A DNA stretch of 61,615 bases from a candidate division WOR-3 bacterium (lineage in GTDB: Bacteria > Hydrothermota > Tepidihabitantia > Tepidihabitantales > Tepidihabitantaceae): NCBI GenBank assembly GCA_965649205.1, contig CBFGJV010000015.1, positions 1 to 61,615 on the forward strand, read 5' to 3'. Made by a program: the position numbers and the translations under genes. A model generated the notes under the pieces. It searched no databases and was not told the origin of the DNA. It worked only from the letters and a program-made list of their open reading frames with translations. Shown in pieces: positions 50,492 to 60,729 of this stretch. The stretch's first letter is position 1, and each line of letters starts with the position of its first letter.

Positions 50492-52953
50492 TGCATTTCG
50501 CCCTGGTCCGGCATCAGGTCTTCATCGCCGTCGCTCTGTCTACGCCGCTCCGGACGGTAATTGTTGAAGTTCCAGGTGATGTTCAGGCTTAAAAAGGGAG
50601 ACTGATTTCTAAGCTTGAAGTAGTTGTAGAAACCCTGCCCGCGTGATTCTGTTTCCCAGGCTGCCGCAGCCAGAATGTCACGTGCACTCAAAGTAACCAG
50701 GAGTTGGCGATTCAGAAAGGCCTGCCTGATGGCCGCGTCTGTCCAGAGCCTGCCTGGCTCAGTTCCCTGGGCCGCAACCTCTCGACTTTCGTATCTTGCA
50801 CTTAAGGTAATACGCGTCTGGGTCGGCAGTCGGAACTCAGTGGATACCCGGCCTTCCCAGCGAAAACTGGAAGTGTCAAAAGCGGTGCCAGCCACAGTCC
50901 CTTTCACCCGGTATTTGTAAACGTCTCCGCTGACATTCAGATTCAGCCATTTCCGCAGGACTAGATCTGCTACTCCCTCCATGCCCAAGGCATAGTCATT
51001 GCCGACATTGGCTGCGGTGTGCAAAATAACTCCAGGAGCATACACAGCTCTTATGTGTTCCACCTTGTCGTGGGTGATGCGGTAGTAACCCTCAAGGGAA
51101 ACGCGGCTTTCCCCAAAAGGCCTTTGCCAGCCTAATTCCAAAGCATCGCTCAGCTCAGGCCGCAGGTCTGGATTGCCACGCCGCAGGTTATACGCATCCA
51201 TCCGCGTAAGGAATGGCCACAATTCCCACCCGCGCTGGCGCTGGATACGACGTGTATAGCTAGCCATAACCTGACTGCCGGCCGGCAGATCATAGGAGGT
51301 GTGAAAAGTTGGAAACAAATCCCAGCGTCGGAAAGTAAACCTGCCTGAATCACCAGCGTCTACCATCCGGTCAGTGAATTCTGTGCGCAGCGCAGGTTGC
51401 AGCCCCACACCACCAAGCTTGCCCGCATACTGAACATATAGAGCTTGGCGAAACTCGGTATAGTTGACGGAGAAACCGTATTCCGGCCTGAACTCAAAAC
51501 TGTCTGTGGCATGCGAATACTCCCACACTTCCAGTTTGGACAGAGCGTTGTGGCGGGTAAAGGCCGCACCTGCTTCAAACTTGTCTTCCTTGCGCAGCGG
51601 CAGAGTATAGTCCAATTTCAGGTCAATCGGCTGCCGCGGTCCTGTCTGTCGTTCCCGGCGACCACTGATTACGCTGTCTGTGCCTTCGTCCTGCAGCAGA
51701 TTGGCGGAACGGTCTTCCCCGCCCGTCCGGCGGTAGCCGAACGTGGCTACAAGCTGGTGTCCCTCTCGACCAGCAAACCGGTGCACATGATCTAAATTGG
51801 CCGAAAGAAAACTTCCTCCGCGGCTGGACGTATCCTGACTTGTCTGCTTGACCGTATCTCGTGCCCCAGGGACAACCCAGCGTTGATAATAAGCATTCTG
51901 ATTCATGCCGAATCCCCGCCTGCCATAATTCATATTCAGGCTTGTACGGTCGTTTCCAGACCAACGATATTCAGCTCCTGCGCGCAAACTCCAGAAATCA
52001 TATTGCCGCGCGCTGTTACCTTCGGAATAACTGCGCAGCGTATCCGGCAAGGTATCAGACCAGGTACGGATGTCTGTCATCCGCGTGCCGGGAAAACGAC
52101 CCAAGTTGTAGTTGCCACCTCCGAACAGGGTAACAGCATCTGTCCGGTAGTTCAAAAGCAGGTTTGCGCCGGTGCGAACCGGCCAACCGCCATCTGTTGA
52201 AACCACACCAGAAAGTCCGCTTTGACGCCGTTTCTTGAGAATGATATTGATGATTCCCGAAACTCCCTCTGGGTCGTAACGGGCTGAAGGGTTGGTAATA
52301 ATCTCAATCCGGTCAATGGTGGCGGCCGGAATCTGTTGCAGCGCATCCTGACTGGGAAGAGGCGATGGCATGCCGTCCACAAGCACGGTGAAGTTCTGGC
52401 TTCCGCGCAAACTTACGTTACCTTCTGCATCCACCTTGACTGAAGGGGCGTTCTCCAGCACGTCCACGGCCGTACCCGACGCTGCGGTTGCGAGTTTGCT
52501 TACATCAATGATTTTCTTATCAATCTGATAGGAAAGGGTAGGCCTTTCGGCGGTAACTTCTGCGCCCGGTACCGCCACAACTGTCTGACGCAGCCGAATA
52601 CGCCCTAAGTCCACCTGAGCTGCAGGCGCAAGCTCAATGTTCTCTACGCGCCGTGTCTGATAACCGATAAAGGAAATTTCCAGAAAAAACCGGCCAGGAG
52701 GAAGATTACTGAGACGATACTTTCCCTGTGCGTCAGTAACTGTGCCGGCAACAAGAGAAGAATCTCGGAGACGACGTAGAACCACATTGGCATATTCCAC
52801 CGGCATGCCCAACTCTTCATCGTACACTTGCCCGGTTATGACGCCCTGACCGGCAGGCGGGATACCTCCCGGCTTAAAGGCTGGTTGCGCAAAAACTGCC
52901 GTTATTAGCGCCACCAGCAGGATGATAAGTAGGAGAGAATTATTTGTTTTCAT
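50488..52953 (-). CDS. TonB-dependent receptor-like outer-membrane beta-barrel protein
   Basis: Signal peptide, carboxypeptidase-regulatory-like N-domain, plug IEIITNPSARYD.EG..GIINI, GNPDLRPE. Confidence 0.85.
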   Translation of the reverse strand: MKTNNSLLLIILLVALITAVFAQPAFKPGGIPPAGQGVITGQVYDEELGMPVEYANVVLRRLRDSSLVAGTVTDAQGKYRLSNLPPGRFFLEISFIGYQTRRVENIELAPAAQVDLGRIRLRQTVVAVPGAEVTAERPTLSYQIDKKIIDVSKLATAASGTAVDVLENAPSVKVDAEGNVSLRGSQNFTVLVDGMPSPLPSQDALQQIPAATIDRIEIITNPSARYDPEGVSGIINIILKKRRQSGLSGVVSTDGGWPVRTGANLLLNYRTDAVTLFGGGNYNLGRFPGTRMTDIRTWSDTLPDTLRSYSEGNSARQYDFWSLRAGAEYRWSGNDRTSLNMNYGRRGFGMNQNAYYQRWVVPGARDTVKQTSQDTSSRGGSFLSANLDHVHRFAGREGHQLVATFGYRRTGGEDRSANLLQDEGTDSVISGRRERQTGPRQPIDLKLDYTLPLRKEDKFEAGAAFTRHNALSKLEVWEYSHATDSFEFRPEYGFSVNYTEFRQALYVQYAGKLGGVGLQPALRTEFTDRMVDAGDSGRFTFRRWDLFPTFHTSYDLPAGSQVMASYTRRIQRQRGWELWPFLTRMDAYNLRRGNPDLRPELSDALELGWQRPFGESRVSLEGYYRITHDKVEHIRAVYAPGVILHTAANVGNDYALGMEGVADLVLRKWLNLNVSGDVYKYRVKGTVAGTAFDTSSFRWEGRVSTEFRLPTQTRITLSARYESREVAAQGTEPGRLWTDAAIRQAFLNRQLLVTLSARDILAAAAWETESRGQGFYNYFKLRNQSPFLSLNITWNFNNYRPERRRQSDGDEDLMPDQGEMQ

Positions 52954-53019
52954 ATATATTTAGACACGTATCCAGCCATAAATATGCGGCATATGAAGTT
53001 AAAATGGGCAAATCACCAT

Positions 53020-54318
53020 CTAGTCCTTCGGATCGAAAACCGCTCCCAAAAAGAGAATGGCACCGGTTTTTTCATCCTGGATAGCATAAAGAAACGGCCG
53101 GTCCACAATCATTACAAACTTTTCCGGTTGCGTAGGTACAGCGGTTGCGATCATTTTCACCGCAGTTACCGCTGCCGCCTCTGTGCCTTCTTCGTTTACC
53201 TCCACAAAGCTCTTATGGCGCACGTCGCTAATGGCAAACTGCATATCCGTTACTGCCGACATCATCCCGGTGAAATTCGCCCTGCTCCAATCGAATGCGG
53301 GCGCCATCCCCATTTCCTTGAGCACTTCGTTCAACGACTTTTCGTATTCCAGCCTGAATTTGGGAAGCGCAATCTCTCCCTTCTTTTCCTGCAGGTTGTC
53401 TAACCACCGCTTCCAGTTTTCTTGTGTCAGACGCCGGGCCAGGTTGAGTACGGCCAGGCCGCGACCGGCGATGGCCTTTTTCCCTTCCTGTCGGGGAGCG
53501 GGTTCTTCCGGCTCCCATACCTCGGGTAGAAATACAAGCAGGGAAATTTGCCCTTTCCCATAGGGCAGGCGGACCAGCTGAAACCCTTCGCCAGCGTAAT
53601 ACTGGTATTCCCCCTCCTGGTGCATCAGAGGATGAAGCTTCGCTGTGCCGTCTGCGCGATAGAAATTCCTTTCCCTTGTCAGTTTCTTGTCGAACAGGCT
53701 GGCCCACTTGCCTTTGAAATAAACAGCATTGATGAGGACCAGCACTTCCTCGGAAACGAGTTGAGAAATGATAGATTTTATCCGGTTATGCGTCTTCTGA
53801 GCCACCCAGGCGTTGATGGTTTTTATCGCCGCGGGGCTGGCAAAGTCCAACGTTCTGACTTCCGCGCCATAAAAGTTATGGTTCAGTTTCAGAAACTCCG
53901 AGGAAAAAGAAATGCCTTTACGCGCCCAGAGCGAGTTGGCTATTTCGAGTTGTACTTTTGGGTCCGCCGAACGGAGCGAAGAAAGCAGGAAAGCGCTGGC
54001 TTTGTTCACTTCTTCTGTAGTCAACCCGGACAGGCTCAACGTCTGGGCCATCGCCTCCTTAGTTTCCCCCCGGGCTCCATTCCAGGTCATACTCAACGCT
54101 AAGGTAACGCTGGTGGGGGAAATGAAAATATTTTCGCCCGGCTCCCTTTCCAGCAATTGCCGAAACAGCTCAAACCCGAAATTGTTGTGGGCGGCGGCTA
54201 AACGGTTGATCGAAACCTCCTCTGAGGGTTGAGTAGCGCTGACATTGTTTGCTGGCGGCCGTGCGCACGCAAAAGCCGCGGATGCCAAAAGAAGCACAAA
54301 AAAGCGACTGGGGAACAT
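53020..54318 (-). CDS. Serpin (lipoprotein)
   Basis: Lipobox AFAC; NIFISP.S, NAVYFKGKW, hinge EEGTEAAAVT, DRPFLY. Confidence 0.93.
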   Translation of the reverse strand: MFPSRFFVLLLASAAFACARPPANNVSATQPSEEVSINRLAAAHNNFGFELFRQLLEREPGENIFISPTSVTLALSMTWNGARGETKEAMAQTLSLSGLTTEEVNKASAFLLSSLRSADPKVQLEIANSLWARKGISFSSEFLKLNHNFYGAEVRTLDFASPAAIKTINAWVAQKTHNRIKSIISQLVSEEVLVLINAVYFKGKWASLFDKKLTRERNFYRADGTAKLHPLMHQEGEYQYYAGEGFQLVRLPYGKGQISLLVFLPEVWEPEEPAPRQEGKKAIAGRGLAVLNLARRLTQENWKRWLDNLQEKKGEIALPKFRLEYEKSLNEVLKEMGMAPAFDWSRANFTGMMSAVTDMQFAISDVRHKSFVEVNEEGTEAAAVTAVKMIATAVPTQPEKFVMIVDRPFLYAIQDEKTGAILFLGAVFDPKD

Positions 54319-54494
54319 ATTTTCCTCCTTAAGTTAACACTCTCTAAACTTAGTAAAAACCAGAACCAGGTCAAAGAAAGTTACCAGCCCGCAATTCAGT
54401 TTATTCCCCGCAGCAACTAGTGGCTGCCGGGTTGTCCCTCTAATAAAAATTCACCGAATCTTGACATCGTCACTATCCGCGATAGGTTGAAGTT

Positions 54495-56531
54495 GTGGCA
54501 AGAGCGAGTATCTACCTGCTTCTTATAAGTTTGTCACTGGCCGGACCCCAACTAACGCCGGCCCGGTTCGGCGAGGAGGACCTTTCCGGTTCCGGACAGG
54601 CAGGAGAAGCGGGGCTATACTTGGCACGGCCCTTTGCGGTACAAATTATCAGCGCCGGTAGGCCAGTACCTGGCGTAGCTGTGGAATTCAGCATTCTATC
54701 TCAACCTCGGGAAAACCAGCGGCCTGAAGACCGGGCGCAATTGACTGATACTCTGGTAGTTACAGACCTGCAAGGAATTGCGCGTACGCGCCTACGTCTG
54801 GGAAAGGCGCCGGGCGAGTACTGTGTGATGGCCCGCAGTCAGGGACAATACTTAATACTTTCTGCAATTGCTCTGTCTCGCGGTTGGTACGTGATTTCCG
54901 CCATAGAACTTCTGGGTGGTCTGGTTCTTTTTCTTTTTGGCCTTTACTATGGTTCCAAGGGGCTGCGACGTTTGGCTGGCGAACGTTTGCGGCAGGCGCT
55001 GTACTCGCTGACTGCCAACCGCTGGGTAGGAGCATTGGTAGGGGTGGTGGTCACTGTTATCTTTCAATCGTCCAGCGCTACGACGGTATTGCTTGTGGGG
55101 TTGACTTCGGCCGGTATTTTGGAGCTTTCCCGGGCTTTGGCCGTGGTTTTGGGTGCAGACATTGGCACTACCATAACCGTGCAGGTGCTTGCTTTCCGTT
55201 TGTACGACTACGCCCTTTTGGTGGCTGTGGTGGGCTTTTTGCTTATGAATTCTTTGCGTCGTCTGCGCAATCTCGGGCAGGCGATTTTTGGCTTCGGCTT
55301 AGTTTTCTATTCTTTGAAGCTGGTTCTCACCGCGGCGGGTCCTCTCCGTTACCTGCCCGATGTGACCGCAGTGCTTGCCCGGCTTAGCCATTTGCCTTGG
55401 CTGGGATTTTTTTCCGCCCTGCTGCTGACGGCGCTTATCCGTTCTTCTGCCGCTACCATAGGTATGGTAGTGAGTCTCGCCTTTACTGGCCTGGTGGACG
55501 TGGCAGCCGCAATTCCATTCATACTTGGCGCCAATGTGGGCTCTGGATTCACCGCCCTTTGGGCCGCTTTGCGCGGTTCGGTCGAGGCCCGACGTATTGC
55601 GGTGGGGCACCTTTTATTCAAGGTGATAATCGTGGGCATTTGCGTACCTTTTCTGCCTTGGTTGGTGAAGTTGGTTACGCTCACGGCGCGCGACGCCCCG
55701 CGTCAGGTAGCCAATGCGCATACTCTTATCAACGTTTTTGCCTCGTTGCTTTTCCTGCCATTGCTTACTCCTTACAAGCGTCTGCTGGAGCAGCTTGTGG
55801 CCGCTGGACGCCGCGACAAATTCGGCCCGCGTTATTTGGACTCAAGCTCTCTGGAAGCCCCGGCATTGGCCGTGGCTCAGGCTACGCGCGAGGTTCTCCG
55901 TATGGCCGACCGGGTGCTGTTGATGTTTAATCGCTCTCTGGAAGTGTTCTTGCATCGCGACAAGGAGGGCAGACGGGAGGTGGTGGCGCTGGACGATCAG
56001 GTTGATCGGCTGGAGGAAAGTATTACTGGTTTTCTGGCCCGCATTTCCCAAGAGGAACTTTCCGATCAGTTGTCTCGGAAAACGGTGGCTCTGTTCTATA
56101 TCACCGACGAACTGGAGCACATCGCCGATATAGTATCTAAGAGCCTGATGGCCCACGCGGCCAAACGAATAGAGCAGGGATTGGCATTTTCCGAGCCGGG
56201 TCTGGAGGAAATAAAAGCATTTCACGCCGAGGTGGGGGAAAACCTAAAAACGGCTATTGCCTGCATCGCCACTTGGGATATGGGCCTGGCCCAACGTCTC
56301 GTTGCCTGCAAGGATTGGGGAGTGGAACGCAAAAGAGTCTTGCACAACCGCCATCTGGAACGGCTGAGCCAAGGCTGGAAGGAATCCATAGATACTTCAT
56401 CGGTGCATCTGGACTTCATCTCGGATCTGGAAAGGGCTAATTTCCATTGTTCCCAGATAGGTGCGGCGGTGCTGGGTCTTACGATTCGTTCCAGCCTGTC
56501 CGTGCCGGCTAAACTTTCGTCTAAAGATTAG
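54495..56531 (+). CDS. Na+/Pi cotransporter family protein with PhoU C-terminal domains and N-terminal Ig-like extension
   Basis: QSSSATT, GADIGTT, GANVG; PhoU-like helices; promoter TTGACA-N16-TAGGTT 6 nt before GTG. Confidence 0.88.
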   Translation: MARASIYLLLISLSLAGPQLTPARFGEEDLSGSGQAGEAGLYLARPFAVQIISAGRPVPGVAVEFSILSQPRENQRPEDRAQLTDTLVVTDLQGIARTRLRLGKAPGEYCVMARSQGQYLILSAIALSRGWYVISAIELLGGLVLFLFGLYYGSKGLRRLAGERLRQALYSLTANRWVGALVGVVVTVIFQSSSATTVLLVGLTSAGILELSRALAVVLGADIGTTITVQVLAFRLYDYALLVAVVGFLLMNSLRRLRNLGQAIFGFGLVFYSLKLVLTAAGPLRYLPDVTAVLARLSHLPWLGFFSALLLTALIRSSAATIGMVVSLAFTGLVDVAAAIPFILGANVGSGFTALWAALRGSVEARRIAVGHLLFKVIIVGICVPFLPWLVKLVTLTARDAPRQVANAHTLINVFASLLFLPLLTPYKRLLEQLVAAGRRDKFGPRYLDSSSLEAPALAVAQATREVLRMADRVLLMFNRSLEVFLHRDKEGRREVVALDDQVDRLEESITGFLARISQEELSDQLSRKTVALFYITDELEHIADIVSKSLMAHAAKRIEQGLAFSEPGLEEIKAFHAEVGENLKTAIACIATWDMGLAQRLVACKDWGVERKRVLHNRHLERLSQGWKESIDTSSVHLDFISDLERANFHCSQIGAAVLGLTIRSSLSVPAKLSSKD

Positions 56532-56548
56532 TCTCAAAGGAGCTAGCC

Positions 56549-57055
56549 ATGGACAGACGTCTGCAAGCAATCTTTTCCCGCAGAAGTATCAGGGCGTTTA
56601 CCGGCGAACCAGTTGCGGCGCAGGATTTGCACGCCCTTTTGGAGGCGGCGATGGCCGCTCCCAGCGCTAATAACAGGCAGCCGTGGCACTTTGTGGTGAT
56701 TACTGCCCGAGAGCGTCTTAATCAGCTGGCAGAAATTCACCCCCACGCCAGAATGCTCACCAGTGCGGGGGGCTGTATAGCAGTGTGCGGAGACACCGCT
56801 GTGGCGCCGGACTTCTGGGTGCAGGACTGTTCGGCCGCGACAGAGAACATACTGGTGGCGGCAGCCATGCTGGGACTTGGTTCTTGCTGGCTGGGCGTAC
56901 ACCCGCGCAAAGAGCGGGAAGCAGCCCTCAAGGAATTGCTAAAAATTCCGGATTCTATCGGGCTGTTGTGTCTGATTGCTATTGGTCGTCCGGCCGAAAA
57001 GAAAGAGCCGCGCACCCAGTTTGACCCGGCCCGGATTCATTCCGAGCGCTGGTAA
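56549..57055 (+). CDS. Nitroreductase family protein
   Basis: RRSIRAF, APSANNRQPW, GLGSCWLG. Confidence 0.92.
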   Translation: MDRRLQAIFSRRSIRAFTGEPVAAQDLHALLEAAMAAPSANNRQPWHFVVITARERLNQLAEIHPHARMLTSAGGCIAVCGDTAVAPDFWVQDCSAATENILVAAAMLGLGSCWLGVHPRKEREAALKELLKIPDSIGLLCLIAIGRPAEKKEPRTQFDPARIHSERW

Positions 57056-57108
57056 GTAGTTTCTGCCTGCAATTTCGGGTTTAGCCGGACTATGGACAAG
57101 CGGCCGGC

Positions 57109-57510
57109 TTATTCGTGAGTTTGGGCGTAATCGCAGAATCCGACTAAAGCCTTAGCTACGGCAGGACTGGCCTTTTTCACCACCGGTTCCGCTTGGCGCA
57201 GCAGAGATAAAACCTGCCTTGAGGTCAGTTTGTCTGCCAAATCTACATTGTGTTCTTCCAGAGCAAGAGAAAAGGCGGCCATTGCCCCTCCGTAATCATT
57301 TTTTTCGGCAACCAGGCGCACAGCATCTACTAGATGGTCTACTCCTTTTAGTCCAGCTTTTGTCAGGGTTGTCTTCAGCGCCGCATAAGCAGCTTCTTCC
57401 CCTACTGCGGCCATGGCTTGCCGAAAGTATTTGTTGGAACATCCGGCAGCGGGGATAAGACTGAAACCGCAGACCCAAATAAGGCAGATGACCCAGACAA
57501 TATTCTTCAC
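57109..57510 (-). CDS. Hypothetical lipoprotein
   Basis: SD GGAGG; signal peptide ending AAGC. Confidence 0.6.
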   Translation of the reverse strand: MKNIVWVICLIWVCGFSLIPAAGCSNKYFRQAMAAVGEEAAYAALKTTLTKAGLKGVDHLVDAVRLVAEKNDYGGAMAAFSLALEEHNVDLADKLTSRQVLSLLRQAEPVVKKASPAVAKALVGFCDYAQTHE

Positions 57511-57578
57511 AGCTTTTCCTCCTGTTGACTAACTTCTACAATAACTTGTAATGACTGTCAAATCTAGAAACGTGCTAG

Positions 57579-58972
57579 GGTAGTATCCTTATTTGTGTGT
57601 AACTTGGCTGGAAAAAGGGTCGGGCAGGGTGTATCCTTCTGGCCCGACCGAGTAATGATTGTAAAGCTATCAAACCATGGAGGATAAACCCATGCCCGAA
57701 CCCTACTATCTGCACCTGTCGAAGACACAATATATGGAACGCTGGCAGGAGTTCAAGGACTTCTTCCAGGATGATGAGCTCGACGTGGTCCAGCGACCGA
57801 TGCGCGATACGTTGAAGAAATTCCTGCAGGGTCTCATGCAGGTTGAACAGACGGCGCAGGTCGGTGCCAGAAGGCATAAGCGGTCTCGCCGTCGGACCGA
57901 CCAGCGTAACGGGTACTACAAGCGGAATTTGCTGACTGCCTTTGGTATGGTACGGGAGCTACGGGTGCCGCGGCTACGCAAGGGTGGTCTACGGACCAAG
58001 GTGTTTGCGCGTTATCAGCGGCGCTGGAAGTCGGTGGACAACTACATCCGGTCGTTGTTTCTGGGTGGTGCGAGCACCCGTGAGGTGGGTGAGCTGTTGG
58101 AGCGGCTGTGGGGTGTACGTCTGGAGGCAAGCGCGGTGTCGGAGATAGTCCGGGTGCTGGATGAAGAGGTAAAGAAGTTTCATCGGCGTCCGTTGGAGGA
58201 CAGATATCGTTTTCTGGTGCTGGACGGGGTGTGGGTGAAAGTGAGCGGGTACAAGGTGGTGAAGAAGGTGGTGCTGGTGGCCTACGGGGTACGTGCTGAT
58301 GGTCGGCGGGAGATTATAGACTTCCGTGTGGCGAGAAGCGAGAGCGAGCGAGATTGGGAGGTATTCTTGGCGGACCTGCGTGGCCGTGGGCTGACAGGTG
58401 AGTACCTGCAACTCATTACGGTGGACGGTGGTAGTGGGTTGAATGCGGCGCAGGCGGTAGTATACCCGGATGTTGCCCGGCAGCGGTGCTGGGTACACAA
58501 GCTGCGTAACGTGGCCAACAAGCTCAAGGCGAAGCATAGAGAGGAATGTCTGGCTGGTGCGCGGCGGATATACCAGGCGAAGAGCTACCTGGCAGCGAAG
58601 CGGCGTTGTCGGCAGTGGGCGAAGAAGTGGCGGAAGCTAGAGGAGCAGGCCGTGGACTGCCTGGAGAGAGACATCGAGGAACTGCTGATACATATGCGGG
58701 TGTTACGGAAGGAACCGGAGTTGTGGAAGAAGGTGCGGACAACCAATGTAATAGAGCGGCAGTTCCGAGAGTTACGGAAGCGGACGCGGCCGATGTGTAC
58801 TTTTGCCAACGACGAGAGTTGTGCTCGAATCGTGTGTGCGCTGTTTCAGAAGGCGAACAAACGGTGGGAGCAGCGCTGTGGGCGCAAGTGTCGCTCTCGA
58901 GCCAAGTCCAAGGTAAGAAAGCCGGCAGCGTAAAATGCCAGTCGGAAGTTACACAAAAGAATTGACACTACC
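57579..58972 (+). mobile_element. IS256-family insertion sequence
   Basis: 27-bp imperfect terminal inverted repeats (57579-57605 / 58946-58972, 21/27 identical) flanking a DDE transposase. Confidence 0.88.
57677..58933 (+). CDS. IS256-family (Mutator-type) transposase
   Basis: RNGYY.R, L.VPR.R, LDG, TVDG, QRCWVHK.RN, RTTN.IER. Confidence 0.93.
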   Translation: MEDKPMPEPYYLHLSKTQYMERWQEFKDFFQDDELDVVQRPMRDTLKKFLQGLMQVEQTAQVGARRHKRSRRRTDQRNGYYKRNLLTAFGMVRELRVPRLRKGGLRTKVFARYQRRWKSVDNYIRSLFLGGASTREVGELLERLWGVRLEASAVSEIVRVLDEEVKKFHRRPLEDRYRFLVLDGVWVKVSGYKVVKKVVLVAYGVRADGRREIIDFRVARSESERDWEVFLADLRGRGLTGEYLQLITVDGGSGLNAAQAVVYPDVARQRCWVHKLRNVANKLKAKHREECLAGARRIYQAKSYLAAKRRCRQWAKKWRKLEEQAVDCLERDIEELLIHMRVLRKEPELWKKVRTTNVIERQFRELRKRTRPMCTFANDESCARIVCALFQKANKRWEQRCGRKCRSRAKSKVRKPAA

Positions 58973-59223
58973 GTCTTCGTCAGAAAGAAACTGAAAGCGG
59001 CTGCTGGCTGGAACTGACCTCTTGCGCCTGCTTGAAGACCTGCGGCGTTGCGAGCGCCGACTTGATGCTGCACACAAGGGCAAATATGCTAGTGGTGCGC
59101 CGACTCAGGAGGTTGCATGACTACAGTCAGTGCAGAACCTATCGGGGGTAGATCCAAATTATGACGAAAGTCGGCAGAAGCCGCCTCCTTGACGGTTACA
59201 GGGAAAGCAATAAGATAGCCGCA

Positions 59224-60366
59224 ATGCGGATGCTGGTCTTGAACTGGAGATGTATTCGCAATCCGCTGGCCGGGGGAGCGGAAACATACTTTCAGGAAGT
59301 GTTCAGCCGGCTGGTGCGCAGGGGACATGAGGTGACACTCCTGGCGGAGAGGTTCTCCGGCTCGCAGGCAGAAGAAGTAATTGAGGGGATTAATGTCGTC
59401 AGAACGGGCGGAAAGTGGACCTTCAACCTTACCGCCAGCCGTCAGGTGGGCCGCATGGCCGAGGAGGGGAATTACGACCTTATCATAGACGACCTGAACA
59501 AGATTCCGTTCTATTCTCCCTGGCATACCAGGAAGCCGGTTTTGGCTATTCTGATGCACCTGTTCCGCGGGAGCATATTCCGCGAAGCGTTGCCACCGGT
59601 GGCAGCCTACGTATGGTTGACAGAAAGCCTGATTCCCTGGGCTTACAGGAAGTGCCGGTTTGCGGTGCTGTCAGAAAGTTCCAAACGGGACGTGGTGCGG
59701 CTGGGGATACCGGCGGAGCGGATTACAGTTATTCCGCCCGGCACCGATTTTGAACTATTCAGACCGGAGAACCCGGACGGAGAGATAAAGAAACCAGCCA
59801 CAGAGCCGCCTGTCATTTTGCACGTGGGGCGGTTGAAGAAGTACAAGTCCGCCGACCATCTTCTGCGGGCTATGGCGTTGCTCAAAGCCAGAGGCGTCCG
59901 GGCACGGGCAGTGATCGTCGGTACGGGCGATGACCTGCCGCGGCTGCGGGCACTGGCGGAAAAGTTGCAGCTGGGCGAAACAGTGGAGTTTGCGGGTTTT
60001 GTTTCCGAGGAAGAGAAGGTGCGCTGGTATCATCGGGCGGCGGTACTGGCGGAGAATTCAGTGAAGGAGGGATGGGGTCTTATTGTCATGGAGGCTAATG
60101 CCTGCGGCACGCCAGTGGTGGTGGCGCGTTCACCCGGGCTGGTGGATTCTTCGCGCGAGAGGGTGAACGGGTTGTTCTACGAGTACGGGAATATCCCGCA
60201 GCTGGCCGAGAAGCTGGAGTTGCTGCTCACCAATGAGTCTCTGCGTAGGCAGCTGGGCCGGCAGGCTGTTGGCTGGGCTAGACAGTGGACCTGGGATAAG
60301 GCGGCTGAGCAGATGGAGCAGGTTGCTCGTATGGCCGTGGAAGAGGCCTGGCGGTCGGGCCGCTGA
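59224..60366 (+). CDS. Glycosyltransferase family 4
   Basis: NPLAGGAE, VGRLKKYK, KEGWGLIVMEANACGTP; promoter TTGACG-N16-TAAGAT 7 nt before ATG 59224. Confidence 0.92.
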   Translation: MRMLVLNWRCIRNPLAGGAETYFQEVFSRLVRRGHEVTLLAERFSGSQAEEVIEGINVVRTGGKWTFNLTASRQVGRMAEEGNYDLIIDDLNKIPFYSPWHTRKPVLAILMHLFRGSIFREALPPVAAYVWLTESLIPWAYRKCRFAVLSESSKRDVVRLGIPAERITVIPPGTDFELFRPENPDGEIKKPATEPPVILHVGRLKKYKSADHLLRAMALLKARGVRARAVIVGTGDDLPRLRALAEKLQLGETVEFAGFVSEEEKVRWYHRAAVLAENSVKEGWGLIVMEANACGTPVVVARSPGLVDSSRERVNGLFYEYGNIPQLAEKLELLLTNESLRRQLGRQAVGWARQWTWDKAAEQMEQVARMAVEEAWRSGR

Positions 60367-60729
60367 TTCTCTCGTGTTTCTAGCCTACTTGATCACCAAG
60401 CACGAGACGCAGACAAGAGCCGCCTAACAAAGTCTCAAACAAACCATCACAGATCACTTCTCCGTTGCGGCCCAGTACTCTTGGGGCTCTGTACTAGAAC
60501 GTCGGTTTTCGGGACCTTTCTTCTGTCGCACCCAATGGGTGATGAACACGCAACCCAAGGCAACAATAGAGCACGGCCTTTCCCTAAGTTCTTGAGTCAG
60601 GAACAGGTGAGATAAGGACCGCCGACGGATGACCTCGGGTCGCTGGTGCCTGCACCATAAACACAATACACCGTGTGGGCAAGGGGCGACCTCCTTGACC
60701 ACCGTTGACGTGTGAGTTAGTCTTTAGCC

